Positions 29,065 to 39,376 are shown, numbered from the stretch's first letter. The stretch is 64,000 nucleotides of DNA from Candidatus Sericytochromatia bacterium (GCA_036676495.1 JAKFCT010000046.1:1-64000); one strand, 5' to 3'. A program made the numbers and translations. Notes: generated by a model not told the origin, from the letters alone.

Positions 29065-30917
29065 GAAGCCCGATCAACACCCACCACCACGCCAAGACCA
29101 TGCCCACGCAAGGCCGCCGGATCGTCCTCGCTGGCAACCCCAACGTCGGCAAGTCGGTCTTCTTCAACGCCCTGACGGGCCTCTACGTCGACGTCTCCAA
29201 CTACCCCGGCACCACCATCGAGATCTCGCGCGCCGCCTACGGCGACGACACCCTCATGGACACCCCCGGGGTCTACGGCGTCTCCAGCTTCAACGACGAG
29301 GAGCGGATCGCCCGCGACATCATCCTCGACGCCGACGTCGTCCTCAACGTCGTCTCCAGCCTCTCGCTCGAGCGCGACCTCTTCCTCACCCAGCAGCTTC
29401 TCGACATGGGCAAGCGCGTCGTGGTGGCCCTCAACCAGATCGACGAGGCCCGCGCCAACGGCCTCGCCATCGACGCCGATCGCCTGAGCGCGCTCCTGGG
29501 CGTCCCGGTCATCCCGACCGTGGCGACCAAGGGCCAGGGCGTCTCCGAGGTCCGCGCGGCCCTCGCCCGCGCCTTCGACGCAGCCCCCCCTCGGCTCGAT
29601 CCCGATCTCCAGCGGCTCTGCGATCGCCTGGATGCCGGCACCCCCGCCGAGCGCCTCATGATCCTCGAAGGCGACGAAACCGTCGCCGAACGCCTGGGCC
29701 TGCTCCCCGGGACCGAGCGCGAGGCGCTCTACGCCCTGCGCCGGACGCGGGTCAACGCCCTGGTCGCCGACGTCGTGAAGGAGTCCGTCCAAGGCGCCAC
29801 CTTCTCCACCCGGCTCGGCCGCTTGATGCTGCACCCCGTCGCGGGCCTCGCCGCCGCCGCCGTGATCCTGGCCGGCCTCTACTACTTCGTCGGAGACCTG
29901 ATCGCCCAGCAGCTGGTCGGCATCACCGAAGAAACGATCATGCTCGGCATGTACGAGCCTGCCGTCCGGGGCCTGGTGGAGCGCGTCTTCGCCGAAGGCA
30001 CCCACCTTCACACCATCCTGGTCGGCGAGTTCGGCCTCCTCACCATGACGGTGACCTACATCCTCGGGCTGCTCCTGCCGTTGGCGGTCGGGTTCTACTT
30101 CTTCCTGGCCGTTCTTGAGGATTCCGGCTACCTGCCGCGGCTCGCCGTGCTGGTGGATCGCGGCCTCTCCAAAATGGGCCTGAACGGCCGCGCGGTCATC
30201 CCGCTGATCATCGGCTTCGGCTGCGTCACGATGGCGACCATCACCACGCGCCTGCTGGGAACCCAGCGCGAGCGCACCATCGCCACCGCCATCCTGGGCC
30301 TCACCATCCCGTGCTCGGCCCAGGTCGGCGTCATCCTCGGCATGCTGGCCACGGTCGGCGGCTGGCAGGCATGGGCCATCTACGGCGGCACCATGTTCAC
30401 CGTCCTGGTCGCGGTCGGCACCATCCTGGACAAGGTCGTGCCCGGCAAGTCCTCGTCCCTGCTCATCGACCTGCCGCCCATGCGCCTTCCCAACTGGAAG
30501 AACGTCTTCAAGAAGACCGGCGTCAAGAGCTGGGGCTTCCTGACCGAAGCCTCCCCGCTCTTCATGCTGGGCGCGCTCATCGTCACCCTGCTTCAGATCT
30601 CGGGCGGCCTCGAGGTCATCCAGCGCGCCCTGGCCCCCGCCACGGTCGGCTTGCTGCACCTGCCTCCCCAGGCGGCGACCGCCTTCATCATGGGCCTGAT
30701 CCGGCGCGACTTCGGCGCCGCGGGGCTCACCAGCCTGCCGCTCAGCCCCGATCAGGTGATCGTCTCGCTGGTGGTCATCACGCTCTTCGTTCCCTGCATC
30801 GCGACCGTGACCGTGCTCTTCAAGGAGCGGGGCTGGCGCGAAGCCCTCACCCTCTGGCTCGGCTCCTGGGTGATCGCCTTCGCCGTCGGCGGCGTGCTCG
30901 CGGCCATCCTGATGTAG
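29061..30917 (+). CDS. feoB: Ferrous iron transport protein B
   Basis: GNPNVGKS, NYPGTT, DTPG, LEDSGYLPR, GFGC, IPCSA, PCIAT. Confidence 0.96.
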   Translation: MRSPINTHHHAKTMPTQGRRIVLAGNPNVGKSVFFNALTGLYVDVSNYPGTTIEISRAAYGDDTLMDTPGVYGVSSFNDEERIARDIILDADVVLNVVSSLSLERDLFLTQQLLDMGKRVVVALNQIDEARANGLAIDADRLSALLGVPVIPTVATKGQGVSEVRAALARAFDAAPPRLDPDLQRLCDRLDAGTPAERLMILEGDETVAERLGLLPGTEREALYALRRTRVNALVADVVKESVQGATFSTRLGRLMLHPVAGLAAAAVILAGLYYFVGDLIAQQLVGITEETIMLGMYEPAVRGLVERVFAEGTHLHTILVGEFGLLTMTVTYILGLLLPLAVGFYFFLAVLEDSGYLPRLAVLVDRGLSKMGLNGRAVIPLIIGFGCVTMATITTRLLGTQRERTIATAILGLTIPCSAQVGVILGMLATVGGWQAWAIYGGTMFTVLVAVGTILDKVVPGKSSSLLIDLPPMRLPNWKNVFKKTGVKSWGFLTEASPLFMLGALIVTLLQISGGLEVIQRALAPATVGLLHLPPQAATAFIMGLIRRDFGAAGLTSLPLSPDQVIVSLVVITLFVPCIATVTVLFKERGWREALTLWLGSWVIAFAVGGVLAAILM

Positions 30918-30940
30918 GGCGGTTTCGAAAGGAGTTCGCC

Positions 30941-31096
30941 ATGCAACGCGTCGGATGCCCCACCTGCTGCTACGTCGTCGAGGTCGAAGGGACCGAGGCC
31001 CGTTGCCCGCGCTGCATGGCCGTCGTGAGAGCCGTCATGGCCTGCGCCATGGCCAACAGCAAATGCGGCGCCTGCCCGTCGAACCATACAGCCTGA
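30941..31096 (+). CDS. Small Cys-rich protein (51 aa)
   Basis: MQRVGCPTCC...CPRC...CAMANSKCGACP; AAAGGAG RBS immediately after feoB. Confidence 0.7.
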   Translation: MQRVGCPTCCYVVEVEGTEARCPRCMAVVRAVMACAMANSKCGACPSNHTA

Positions 31097-31133
31097 CCTT
31101 TTCGAGCCGCCGGGACGATGGTCTAATGAACCC

Positions 31134-31481
31134 ATGATTCAAAACGTTCTGAGTTACCTGATCCAACACGACGGAGCCCCCGTCACCGAGATTCAACGGG
31201 TCTTCAAGCTCTCCGCGGACATGGCCGCCAACATCCTGATCCAGCTGGAGGATGCGGGCCTGCTTTACGAGCAGAAGCTCGAAGCCTGTCACCACATGGA
31301 CTCCGACGGTCAGATGCTGACGCATGCCCATACGGGAGGCTGCGGCTCCGGCAACTGCGCCTCGGCGGAAGGCGCATGCGGCATCACCGAGTCCTTCGAG
31401 CGCGGCTGCTGCGGCATGAACGCGCCCTATCGCATCACCCCCGCCGGCCGCTCCTTCCTGGAGCGCTTCGCCGCCAGCTGA
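31134..31481 (+). CDS. FeoC-like winged-helix protein with His/Cys-rich insert
   Basis: wHTH pattern (VLSYLIQH...EIQRVF...LEDAGLL...YRITPAG) with an insert CHH...HAHTGGCGSGNC...C...CC. Confidence 0.6.
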   Translation: MIQNVLSYLIQHDGAPVTEIQRVFKLSADMAANILIQLEDAGLLYEQKLEACHHMDSDGQMLTHAHTGGCGSGNCASAEGACGITESFERGCCGMNAPYRITPAGRSFLERFAAS

Positions 31482-31500
31482 TGCCCCCTCGATAGCAAAA

Positions 31501-31535
31501 CGCGCGGGCCGCTCCGGATTCGGAGCGGCCCGCGC
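31501..31535. terminator. GC hairpin between convergent genes
   Basis: CGCGCGGGCCGCTCCG-GATT-CGGAGCGGCCCGCGCG. Confidence 0.7.
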
Positions 31536-31572
31536 GGCTTGTGAGGACCTCGCGAAACGCGGAGGCCGGGGT

Positions 31573-33879
31573 TCAAGGCCTTCCGTAGAGCGCCTGATAG
31601 CTCCAGAGGTTGCCGAAGACCTTCTTGACGTAGTGGCGGGTCTCCGAATACGGGACCGCCTCCACCCAGGCATCCATGTCCCCGCCCCCGTTGCCGCGCC
31701 ACTTGCGCACGGCTCCGGGGCCGGCGTTGTAGGCCGCGACGGCGTACGGGGAAATCCCCTCGAACTCGCCGTGCGTGTACCTCAGGTACCAGGCTCCCAG
31801 CTTGAGGTTCCAGAAGGGATCCGTCAGCTCCCGCTCGGGGCCGGGCACTTGCTTGCGCACCCAGTCCGCGGTGTAAGGCATCAGCTGAGCCAGGCCCATC
31901 GCCCCCACCCAGGAGCGGGAAGTCGGGTCGAAGAGGCTCTCCTGCTTGACCAAGGAGGTCAAGAGCAAGGGATCGATCCCATTGAGGGCGGCAGCCCGCT
32001 CCACCAGGGGACGGTACCCGAGCGGGAAGAGCAGGCGCGCGTCCTTGCCGGTCGCGACCGCGATGGTCCGGCGGTACTGCCCCGCCTGCAGGTGCAGCCA
32101 GGCCCGAAGGTCGGCATCCGCCTTCACCTTCTGGGAGTAGCGCAGGGCCGGCTCGGTCATGCCCAGGTAGACCCACTCCCGGACGGAGGCGGGCCAGTCG
32201 GCCATCTGCGCGAGGTAACGGGAGGCCGGGTTGGCCGGGTCGATCGCGCCGCCGTCCACGAGGGGCCTCAGGTCGTCCTGAGGCGCCGTGAGGGCCACGG
32301 GCTTGACGACGTAGCCGGGATCGGCCTCGCGCCCTTCCAGCGCGTCCAGGCGGTGCTTGGAGCGCCAGGAGTAGTAGGAGTTGGGGCGATGGGTCGAAGC
32401 CTTCCGATAGACGGCGATCGCCTCGGCCTTCCGGCCCTCGCGCTCGAGGATCTTACCCAGCCAGAAGGCTCCCCCGGGACCGTTCACCGTCTGAAGCGAA
32501 TGGTAGCCCAGCTCCGTGGCCCAACGCTTGGCTGCTTTGAGGTTTCCGGCCGCATAGGCCTTCTGCATGAAGCGCCAGCGCACTTCGATAGCCTCCGAAG
32601 AATTGGGGAAGCGCTTGACGAGCGCCTGCTCGAAGGGAACGGCCTGAGCGTCGAGGTCCTGCTTGCGATAGACGAGCGCGAGGCGGTTGAGGCCTTGAAG
32701 GCCCCATTCGTCGTTCAGCGCCGAGGCCTTCTTGAAGAACTCCGCGGCCGCCGGGTAGCGCTTGCGCTGATCCTCGAGGCGTCCCAGCGCGACCAGGGAC
32801 CGCCCGCGCAGCTCGGCATGGCCGGCCGAGCGGTGCAGGAGCTGATTGGCCTCGTAGTAGTTGCCGAGTTGCCAGTGGCAGACGCCCCGGCGGTAGATGC
32901 CCCAGGGCGAGTCATTGCCCTCGAGCAGCTGAAGCGCGAGCTTGTAGTCGCCGCGATCCATCAGGTCCAGCGCGACGTTGTAACGCTCCTTGGGAGGAAG
33001 GTCGTGGGTGGCCAGCGCGCGGGCCACGTCCTTGAGATGAGGTCCCGAGGGATGAGCTTCCCGGTAGCGGCGCAGCCACGTGAGCGGGTCCTCGCTGCTG
33101 CGGGTTCCCAGCAGGTACAGCGCCTCCTCGGCTTCCGCGGAGTCGGGGGACTCGGTGGCGATCGCCTCCCAGTGCTCCTCGGCCCGGTCCTCGTCGAGCT
33201 TCGAGAGGGCCATGTGCGCGCTCGAGACCAGCGGGCTCTTGGGATAGCGCGCGACCATGCTGTCGAGAAGGGTCTTGGCGGCCCCCGGATCGGTCTCGGC
33301 GCGCAGCAAGCCTTCGCGCCAAAGCGACCACTCGCTGAGGTCCGGGAACGTCAAGCGCAGGTCGCGGCAGCGATCCGCGGCTTCCTGCGTCCGGCCTTCC
33401 CGGATCAGGCATTCGGTGACGATCAGGCCGGAGCGCCGTGCGAAGGGATTGCCGGCCTGCGACTCCGCCAGCGCCTCGAAGCGCTCCCGCAAGGGCGTCC
33501 AGTCGTCCTCGTCGCCGGAAGCCACCTTCACGCGGTAATCCGCCATCAAGGCCTCGAAAGCGGCGCCGTGCTGCGCGTCGCGCTCCAGCTCCTCGCGCGC
33601 CGCGTTCGCGACCGAGCGGACCTGAGCCGCTTGCTGCCAGGCGGCGAGCGCCTTCTCGCGGTTCCCGAGACGGTAATAGGCGCGTCCGAGATCCAGGGTG
33701 AGCGCGGGATCCCGGGTGGCGGCACTTTCCCAGTGGCGCACGGCCTCGGTGTAATTCTTGAACTGATAGGCCAGCCGTCCTTGCAGGGCAGGGACGTCCG
33801 GGCGGGCCATGCCCACGGTGAGGGAAGCGGAGAGCAAGAGGGTGCCAGCCAGCAAAAAGCGGGGGAGTCGACGTCTCAC
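31573..33879 (-). CDS. Soluble lytic transglycosylase with TPR repeats (Slt70-like)
   Basis: Signal peptide, TPRs, KQES, GAMGLAQLMP, AAYNAGPG, PYSETRHYVKKV. Confidence 0.92.
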   Translation of the reverse strand: MRRRLPRFLLAGTLLLSASLTVGMARPDVPALQGRLAYQFKNYTEAVRHWESAATRDPALTLDLGRAYYRLGNREKALAAWQQAAQVRSVANAAREELERDAQHGAAFEALMADYRVKVASGDEDDWTPLRERFEALAESQAGNPFARRSGLIVTECLIREGRTQEAADRCRDLRLTFPDLSEWSLWREGLLRAETDPGAAKTLLDSMVARYPKSPLVSSAHMALSKLDEDRAEEHWEAIATESPDSAEAEEALYLLGTRSSEDPLTWLRRYREAHPSGPHLKDVARALATHDLPPKERYNVALDLMDRGDYKLALQLLEGNDSPWGIYRRGVCHWQLGNYYEANQLLHRSAGHAELRGRSLVALGRLEDQRKRYPAAAEFFKKASALNDEWGLQGLNRLALVYRKQDLDAQAVPFEQALVKRFPNSSEAIEVRWRFMQKAYAAGNLKAAKRWATELGYHSLQTVNGPGGAFWLGKILEREGRKAEAIAVYRKASTHRPNSYYSWRSKHRLDALEGREADPGYVVKPVALTAPQDDLRPLVDGGAIDPANPASRYLAQMADWPASVREWVYLGMTEPALRYSQKVKADADLRAWLHLQAGQYRRTIAVATGKDARLLFPLGYRPLVERAAALNGIDPLLLTSLVKQESLFDPTSRSWVGAMGLAQLMPYTADWVRKQVPGPERELTDPFWNLKLGAWYLRYTHGEFEGISPYAVAAYNAGPGAVRKWRGNGGGDMDAWVEAVPYSETRHYVKKVFGNLWSYQALYGRP

Positions 33880-34020
33880 AGGTCCTACCTTCCTACTTCC
33901 CCCCGGCTGGATGCGGCATCCGCCGAGGGACGCTCCCGCAACCGCCGCACGATCATGCGACGGGGGGACGCTCGGGGGGAGATGAGGGATCCCAGGTTCC
34001 TTACCCGGCCAGCCCCGACC

Positions 34021-34791
34021 CTACACCTGGGCGAAAACCGCTTGAATCGCGGAATGCAGGCGGGTGTTGCTGGCCAAGATCTCGCGGGCGTACGGATCGA
34101 AGGGGTTACCTTGGTAATCGGTGACCATGCCTCCGGCCTCCTGGACGATCAAGGCGCCTGCCGCGACGTCCCAGGCCGAGAGGCCCGGTTCCCAGAAGGC
34201 CTCGTAGCGGCCGCAGGCCACCTGACAGAGGTCAAGCGCCGCAGACCCGGCGCGCCGGACGCCCTGGGAGTGATGGAGCATGGCTTTGAAGCGATCGTAG
34301 TTGCTGCCGGATTGAATGACGTCGTAGGGGAAACCCGTGGAGAGGAGTGCCCGCTTGAGTTCTTCGACCGGGGAAACCTGGATCGGGTTCCCGTTGAGCG
34401 TGGCCCCGAAGCCCCGAGCCGCCGAGAACATCTCGTCCCAGATGGGGTGATAGACGGCCCCGGCCACGATCGCGCCGTCGATGGAAAGCGCGATCGAGAC
34501 GCAGTAGTAAGGGAAGCCATGGGCGTAGTTGGTCGTCCCGTCGACCGGATCGACGATCCAGCGATAGGCGGACGCGCTGGACGCGAGGCCTTCCTCTTCG
34601 CCCAGGACGTCGTGATCAGGGTAGCGTCGGGCGATCTCCTCGCGGATGAGGGTCTCGGCCATGCGGTCGACCTCGGTCACGATGTCGATGTCGCCCTTGT
34701 ACTCGATGCGTTGAATCTTGCCGCGATGCTCGCGCAGGATGACCCCGGCCTTGCGGGCGACCTCCTCGGCGAAGTGACGGTATGCTTGCAC
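34021..34791 (-). CDS. suhB: Inositol monophosphatase family protein
   Basis: VTEVD, GEE, WIVDPVDGTTNY, RRAGSAALD, WDVAAG; GTG start with AAGGAGG RBS. Confidence 0.92.
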   Translation of the reverse strand: MQAYRHFAEEVARKAGVILREHRGKIQRIEYKGDIDIVTEVDRMAETLIREEIARRYPDHDVLGEEEGLASSASAYRWIVDPVDGTTNYAHGFPYYCVSIALSIDGAIVAGAVYHPIWDEMFSAARGFGATLNGNPIQVSPVEELKRALLSTGFPYDVIQSGSNYDRFKAMLHHSQGVRRAGSAALDLCQVACGRYEAFWEPGLSAWDVAAGALIVQEAGGMVTDYQGNPFDPYAREILASNTRLHSAIQAVFAQV

Positions 34792-34961
34792 GGATCTGCC
34801 TCCTTGAGCGGCTCGCCTCATGGCCCCCCTCACGCGAGGACTCCGGGCCATGGCCGCGGCCCCATGATAGCACTCCCCCCTCCGGGCGATCCGGTTCAGC
34901 TCCGGGATCGAGCCGGGTATAAACCAAGCATCAGGACGATCGATCGGGCAAGGAGGCGAAA

Positions 34962-35846
34962 ATGGCCATTCAGCGTTGGGCGCTAGCTCTGGGAGCCACC
35001 CTGCTCCTCAGCGCGCCCTCCTGGGCTGCCGCCAAAACCGCCGAAAACCTGGACTTCCGGCTGGAGGTGGAATCGATTTCCTGGACGGCAACAGGCTTCG
35101 TGGTGAAGGCGCAGATCGAGAACCGCACGGGCAGCCCCGACCTCTTCCTGCACCATGAGGCGAACCGTGACGATCCGGACGGCTTCACGTACACGCCGAC
35201 GGAGCCCGGCGCCGCGGCGGCGCAACGCCGGACCTTCACCCTCAAGGGGCTGACGCAGGCGCGCAGTGCGGCCTCGCTGGCCTTCGGAGTGGCGGCCAAC
35301 GAGAACGCCGGCCTCCTGATCGTGGGAGAGGCGCGTCCGCCGTACCGGCAAGTGGCGATCGCCCTCCAGCCCCTGCTTCCCGAGCGCCCCTCATCCCCCC
35401 CTCCGACCGCCAAGGCGCCTGCTGCCGGCGTTTCCGGGGACGCCCAGCCGATACGTTCGAAGTCGGAGGGGCTTGCGGAGGGGAGTTCCGGCCAGAGTAA
35501 CGGGCCCATCAAGCGCTTCATGCCGCCGCACCCGTCCCTGGGTGACAGCATCGCGCTTTGGGAGGGGAAAGCGGGCCCACAGGGAGACGGTTGGACGCGG
35601 CTTTACACGGAGCTTCCCGAGATCACCCTGGACGAGCTCGCACGCGTGCTGGAAAGCCCCGCGCAGATCTGGCATGGCCGCGAGGGGTATCTCTACTTGC
35701 GCAACGTGGGGGGACAGCGCGCGCTGGCGGTCTCTGTCCGGGACGCGCAGGTGATCTCCGCGCGCTACGTCACTCCCCAGACCTTGGGGCAGGTCCTCGG
35801 CCCCAAGACGCGTTACCCGAAGCGGATCTACATGGGGCGGCCGTAG
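34962..35846 (+). CDS. Secreted hypothetical protein, possible PBECR-like C-terminal domain
   Basis: AAGGAGG RBS, signal peptide, beta-rich N-domain, Pro-rich linker, small C-terminal alpha/beta domain. Confidence 0.6.
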   Translation: MAIQRWALALGATLLLSAPSWAAAKTAENLDFRLEVESISWTATGFVVKAQIENRTGSPDLFLHHEANRDDPDGFTYTPTEPGAAAAQRRTFTLKGLTQARSAASLAFGVAANENAGLLIVGEARPPYRQVAIALQPLLPERPSSPPPTAKAPAAGVSGDAQPIRSKSEGLAEGSSGQSNGPIKRFMPPHPSLGDSIALWEGKAGPQGDGWTRLYTELPEITLDELARVLESPAQIWHGREGYLYLRNVGGQRALAVSVRDAQVISARYVTPQTLGQVLGPKTRYPKRIYMGRP

Positions 35847-35880
35847 CGGCCGCCGCGACCGAGCGCGGCGGCGAGACGGC

Positions 35881-36924
35881 TTATTTGCCGGCCGGCAGCA
35901 ACCCGGCGGTCAGGGGTTTGCCCATGACGTCCGCGATCCGCTGGAGCTCGCTCATCATGGAGCGGAACTGCTCGGGGTAGAGGCTCTGGGGGCCGTCGGA
36001 CTTGGCCTGGGTCGGATCCCGGTGCACCTCGACCATGATGCCGTCGGCGCCGGCCGCCGTGGCGGCCCGGGCGATAGGGATCACCAGCTCGCGGCGCCCG
36101 GTCCCGTGGGAGGGGTCGGCCACGATGGGCAGGTGGGAGAGCTGCTTGATGACCGGGATGGCGTTGATGTCGACCATGTTCCGGGTGTAGGTCTCGAAGG
36201 AGCGCACGCCGCGCTCGCAGAGGATGACCTGTTCGTTGCCTTCCGCGAGGATGTACTCGGCGGCGAGCAACCACTCCTTGAGGGTGGCCGAGAGGCCGCG
36301 CTTGAGCATGACGGGCTTGGCAGCGCGCCCCGCGCGGCGCAGGAGCGAGAAGTTCTGCATGTTGCGCGCGCCGATCTGGATGATGTCGGCGTATTCCTCG
36401 ACGGCGTCGAGGCTTTCCAGGTCGATGGCCTCGGTGATCACCGCGAGGCCGTAGCGCTCGCGGGCCTTGGCGAGAAGCTTGAGCCCTTCGACGCCCATGC
36501 CCTGGTACGAGTAGGGGCTGGTGCGCGGCTTGAAGGCGCCGCCCCGCAGGACGGTGGCGCCCGCCATGGCGACGGCCTCCGCGGTCTCCAGGAGTTGGGC
36601 TTCGCTTTCGACCCCGCAGGGGCCCGCCATCACGACGGTCCGCGGGCCGCCGATCACCGTGCCGTTGAAGAGCGTGATCGTGGTATCCGTCTTCTTCCAC
36701 TCGCGGCTGACCAGCTTGTACGGGGAAGAGACGCTGATGACCTCCTGGACGCCGGGCAAGCCCTCGACCCGCGAGCTGTCGACCGGACCGTCGTTGCCGA
36801 CGACGCCGATCGCCATGCGCTGCTCCCCGGGAATGGGTCGCGCCTGGTAGCCCATCTCCTCGATGACCCCCACCACGCGTTGAATCTCTTCCGAACCGGC
36901 ATCATACTGCATGACCACGAGCAT
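35881..36924 (-). CDS. aroF: DAHP synthase class I-beta with N-terminal regulatory domain
   Basis: AGPC, RGGAFKPRTSPY, QIGARNMQN, KRG, CERG, DPSH. Confidence 0.95.
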   Translation of the reverse strand: MLVVMQYDAGSEEIQRVVGVIEEMGYQARPIPGEQRMAIGVVGNDGPVDSSRVEGLPGVQEVISVSSPYKLVSREWKKTDTTITLFNGTVIGGPRTVVMAGPCGVESEAQLLETAEAVAMAGATVLRGGAFKPRTSPYSYQGMGVEGLKLLAKARERYGLAVITEAIDLESLDAVEEYADIIQIGARNMQNFSLLRRAGRAAKPVMLKRGLSATLKEWLLAAEYILAEGNEQVILCERGVRSFETYTRNMVDINAIPVIKQLSHLPIVADPSHGTGRRELVIPIARAATAAGADGIMVEVHRDPTQAKSDGPQSLYPEQFRSMMSELQRIADVMGKPLTAGLLPAGK

Positions 36925-37135
36925 CCCATCTCTCCTATAGGCCGTAACCAACGGTTGTTCTCTAGTATACCCCTAGACGGCGCTCATACGGCCAAATTGG
37001 CCGAATCCACTTAGTTGACCTGACGATGTTCTCACGAATTCCTTACGGAATATTGCTGGTTATTAATCATCAAGTTAGGTAAACTACGCCTTCGACAGGC
37101 GAGCGATCGGGCTCCGGCCTGCCTCGGAGGTCGCG

Positions 37136-39376
37136 ATGCGTATTCACGTCGGCATGCCCCGCAGCCCCTACGAAGCCTTCGCCCTCATGACCCGCCAGGG
37201 CGCCATGGGCGAGGATCGTGGCCCCTTGGCGCGTCGCGCCATGCCCGGCCTCGCGCAATCCGCACCGGTGCTCCGCAGCCAGCTTCTCGCCCGCGCCGAG
37301 CGCTACGAGGGCTTGAGCGAAAAGCTCCAGGCCCTGCGCACCTCCTTGCAGCAGTTCACTCCCCCGGCCGTGACGGGGGCGCTCAGCCTCCCCACCGGCA
37401 TGACGCCGGCCCGTTCGGGGGCAGCGACAGGTCCCGCAAGCGCATCGACCGGTTCGGCCGGCTCCTCGGGCGCCCCGTCGGGCGCCGTGTCGTCCGGCGG
37501 GGGATCCTCACGGACGGATCACCCCGCCGTGCTTCTCGCCTCGCATGCCATCTTTCTCGCCCCCGGGACCTCCGGCACGGACGGCAAGGCTCCGACGCAG
37601 GCCCGGCTCGAGACCGAAGCGGTCGAACTCATCCAGACGACGGCCACCCTGCGGGGGGACAAGATCCAGCTCAACAACAAGGGGGGCCAGACCGATTTCG
37701 GCAGCGTGACGATCAATGGGGTCGAGACCGTGATCGGCACGTTCACGGGCACCTCGGTCGAGGAGGCGGCGCGCCACATCGCCGCCCAACTGAACCAGAA
37801 CGCGGAGAACACGGTCGTCGCCTCGGTGGACGCGCAGAGCCGGGACCGGGTGATTCTGACGTCCAAGGTCGCGGGCAGCGCCGGGGGGATCTCGATCGAT
37901 CAGGTCGAGCGCGACCGCACCACCAAGGGCGCGATCGGGTTTCTGGAGCATGATTTCGCGCAGGGAGCGACCCTCGAGACCGACCTCGGGGAAGTCACGA
38001 TCAACGGCGTCACGACGCGCTTCGGCAAGCAGAAGTACTCCACCGTGCAGGACGCGGTCAAGGCCATGGCCGCGCTCCTGAATGCCGCTCACGGCGGCAG
38101 CCTGGAGGCAACGGTCGGGGGGACCGCTCAGGACCGCCTCGTCCTCACGTCCGCCGCTTCGGGTCCCGCGAGCGTCATCGCCGTCTCGGCCGTCATTCAA
38201 GGAACCGACAAGAGGGCCTCCAACGACGGCAACAACGGGTTCACGGCCGGGATCTTGGCCCGTGGGGGCGATTCCGAGCCCGGGACCCCGGGGGATCCGG
38301 GCTTCACAGACTTCGGCGGGATCACCATCAACGGGATCTCGACGGTCTTCGGGCGGCTCGACAACCGCGACTACACGGCCGAGACGGCGGCCCTCTTCCT
38401 CGCCGAGCGGATCAACGAGACCAATGCGAGCGTTCGCGCCACCGTCGAAGAGGGGCGTCTCAAGCTCAGTTCGACGGAGACGGGGTCGAACGCCCGGATC
38501 CAGGTGGAGGCGATCGCCCCCGATTCCGACGGCAACCGGGACAATGACCGCGCCTTGGGGTTCGTCCTGGGATCGGCCAGCGGCAGCACCACGACACAAC
38601 CTTCGCCCTCCCCGTCGCCCCTTTCGACCGCGACGATCTATGCCCCGGCGAGCTCCGACGGAGCCAGCTCAGCCGATGGCGCGGATCCCGGCAAGTCGAG
38701 CGACATGGCTTCCGCGCGAGCCGACGCGTTTCAGGCCCAAGCCCAGGAGTGGCTGAGCATGACCAACGCATACCTCTCCGCCCTGGACGCGCGTTCCCAG
38801 GAGCATCCCCATGGCGAGTTCCGGGCCTTCGGCCACACGATCCAGGCCATGCTGCAGCAGGATTCCCGGCTTTCCGCCGTGGGACTCCAGGTCGAAGGCG
38901 GGAGGCTTTCCCTGGACGAAAAAGCGTTCATGCAGGCTTTCGAGACGGATCCGCAGGCGGCGCTCGGCGCCATGCAAGGGTTCCGCGAGACGCTCGATCC
39001 GTTGCTGGCTTCCCAGGCGTACGCCATGGACTTCATGCGCGGGGTGGCGGAGGCCACCCGCGACCGCGTCCCCGAGATCAGCCAGGCCATGACCATGCGG
39101 TTCCGGCTGGAGCAGCGCAGCAAGGAGGTCTCCCTCTGGCTGGAATCCCTGGATAAGATGGCTCCCCAGCTCGAGGACCAGGGCGCACGACTCCGCAAGC
39201 TGGAAGAAAGCGAAACGGAGAAGGCGGAGCGCGAAGACCGCGAAGCCCCATCCCGAGCGAATGCGCCGACGGCATCGGAAGCGCCACGGGGGAATCCGCT
39301 GGAAGGATGGCGTGAAACGCAGCTGGCGGCAGCGCCGCGATGGACCTCACGCGAGTTTCAATCGCGCCTCATGTAG
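37136..39376 (+). CDS. FliD-like (flagellar cap) protein with three flagellin-IN-type repeats
   Basis: Three (F/L)G-x-(V/I)TING repeats each followed by a helix and an LxL(T/S)S motif; C-terminal LSAVGL...GRLSLDEKAF...DP typical of FliD_C. Confidence 0.65.
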   Translation: MRIHVGMPRSPYEAFALMTRQGAMGEDRGPLARRAMPGLAQSAPVLRSQLLARAERYEGLSEKLQALRTSLQQFTPPAVTGALSLPTGMTPARSGAATGPASASTGSAGSSGAPSGAVSSGGGSSRTDHPAVLLASHAIFLAPGTSGTDGKAPTQARLETEAVELIQTTATLRGDKIQLNNKGGQTDFGSVTINGVETVIGTFTGTSVEEAARHIAAQLNQNAENTVVASVDAQSRDRVILTSKVAGSAGGISIDQVERDRTTKGAIGFLEHDFAQGATLETDLGEVTINGVTTRFGKQKYSTVQDAVKAMAALLNAAHGGSLEATVGGTAQDRLVLTSAASGPASVIAVSAVIQGTDKRASNDGNNGFTAGILARGGDSEPGTPGDPGFTDFGGITINGISTVFGRLDNRDYTAETAALFLAERINETNASVRATVEEGRLKLSSTETGSNARIQVEAIAPDSDGNRDNDRALGFVLGSASGSTTTQPSPSPSPLSTATIYAPASSDGASSADGADPGKSSDMASARADAFQAQAQEWLSMTNAYLSALDARSQEHPHGEFRAFGHTIQAMLQQDSRLSAVGLQVEGGRLSLDEKAFMQAFETDPQAALGAMQGFRETLDPLLASQAYAMDFMRGVAEATRDRVPEISQAMTMRFRLEQRSKEVSLWLESLDKMAPQLEDQGARLRKLEESETEKAEREDREAPSRANAPTASEAPRGNPLEGWRETQLAAAPRWTSREFQSRLM

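Noticed and set aside
31633-34986. 1117-aa plus-strand ORF
   Set aside because: Antisense shadow of the Slt and suhB genes; such ORFs are expected with strong GC3 bias and it has no recognisable motifs.
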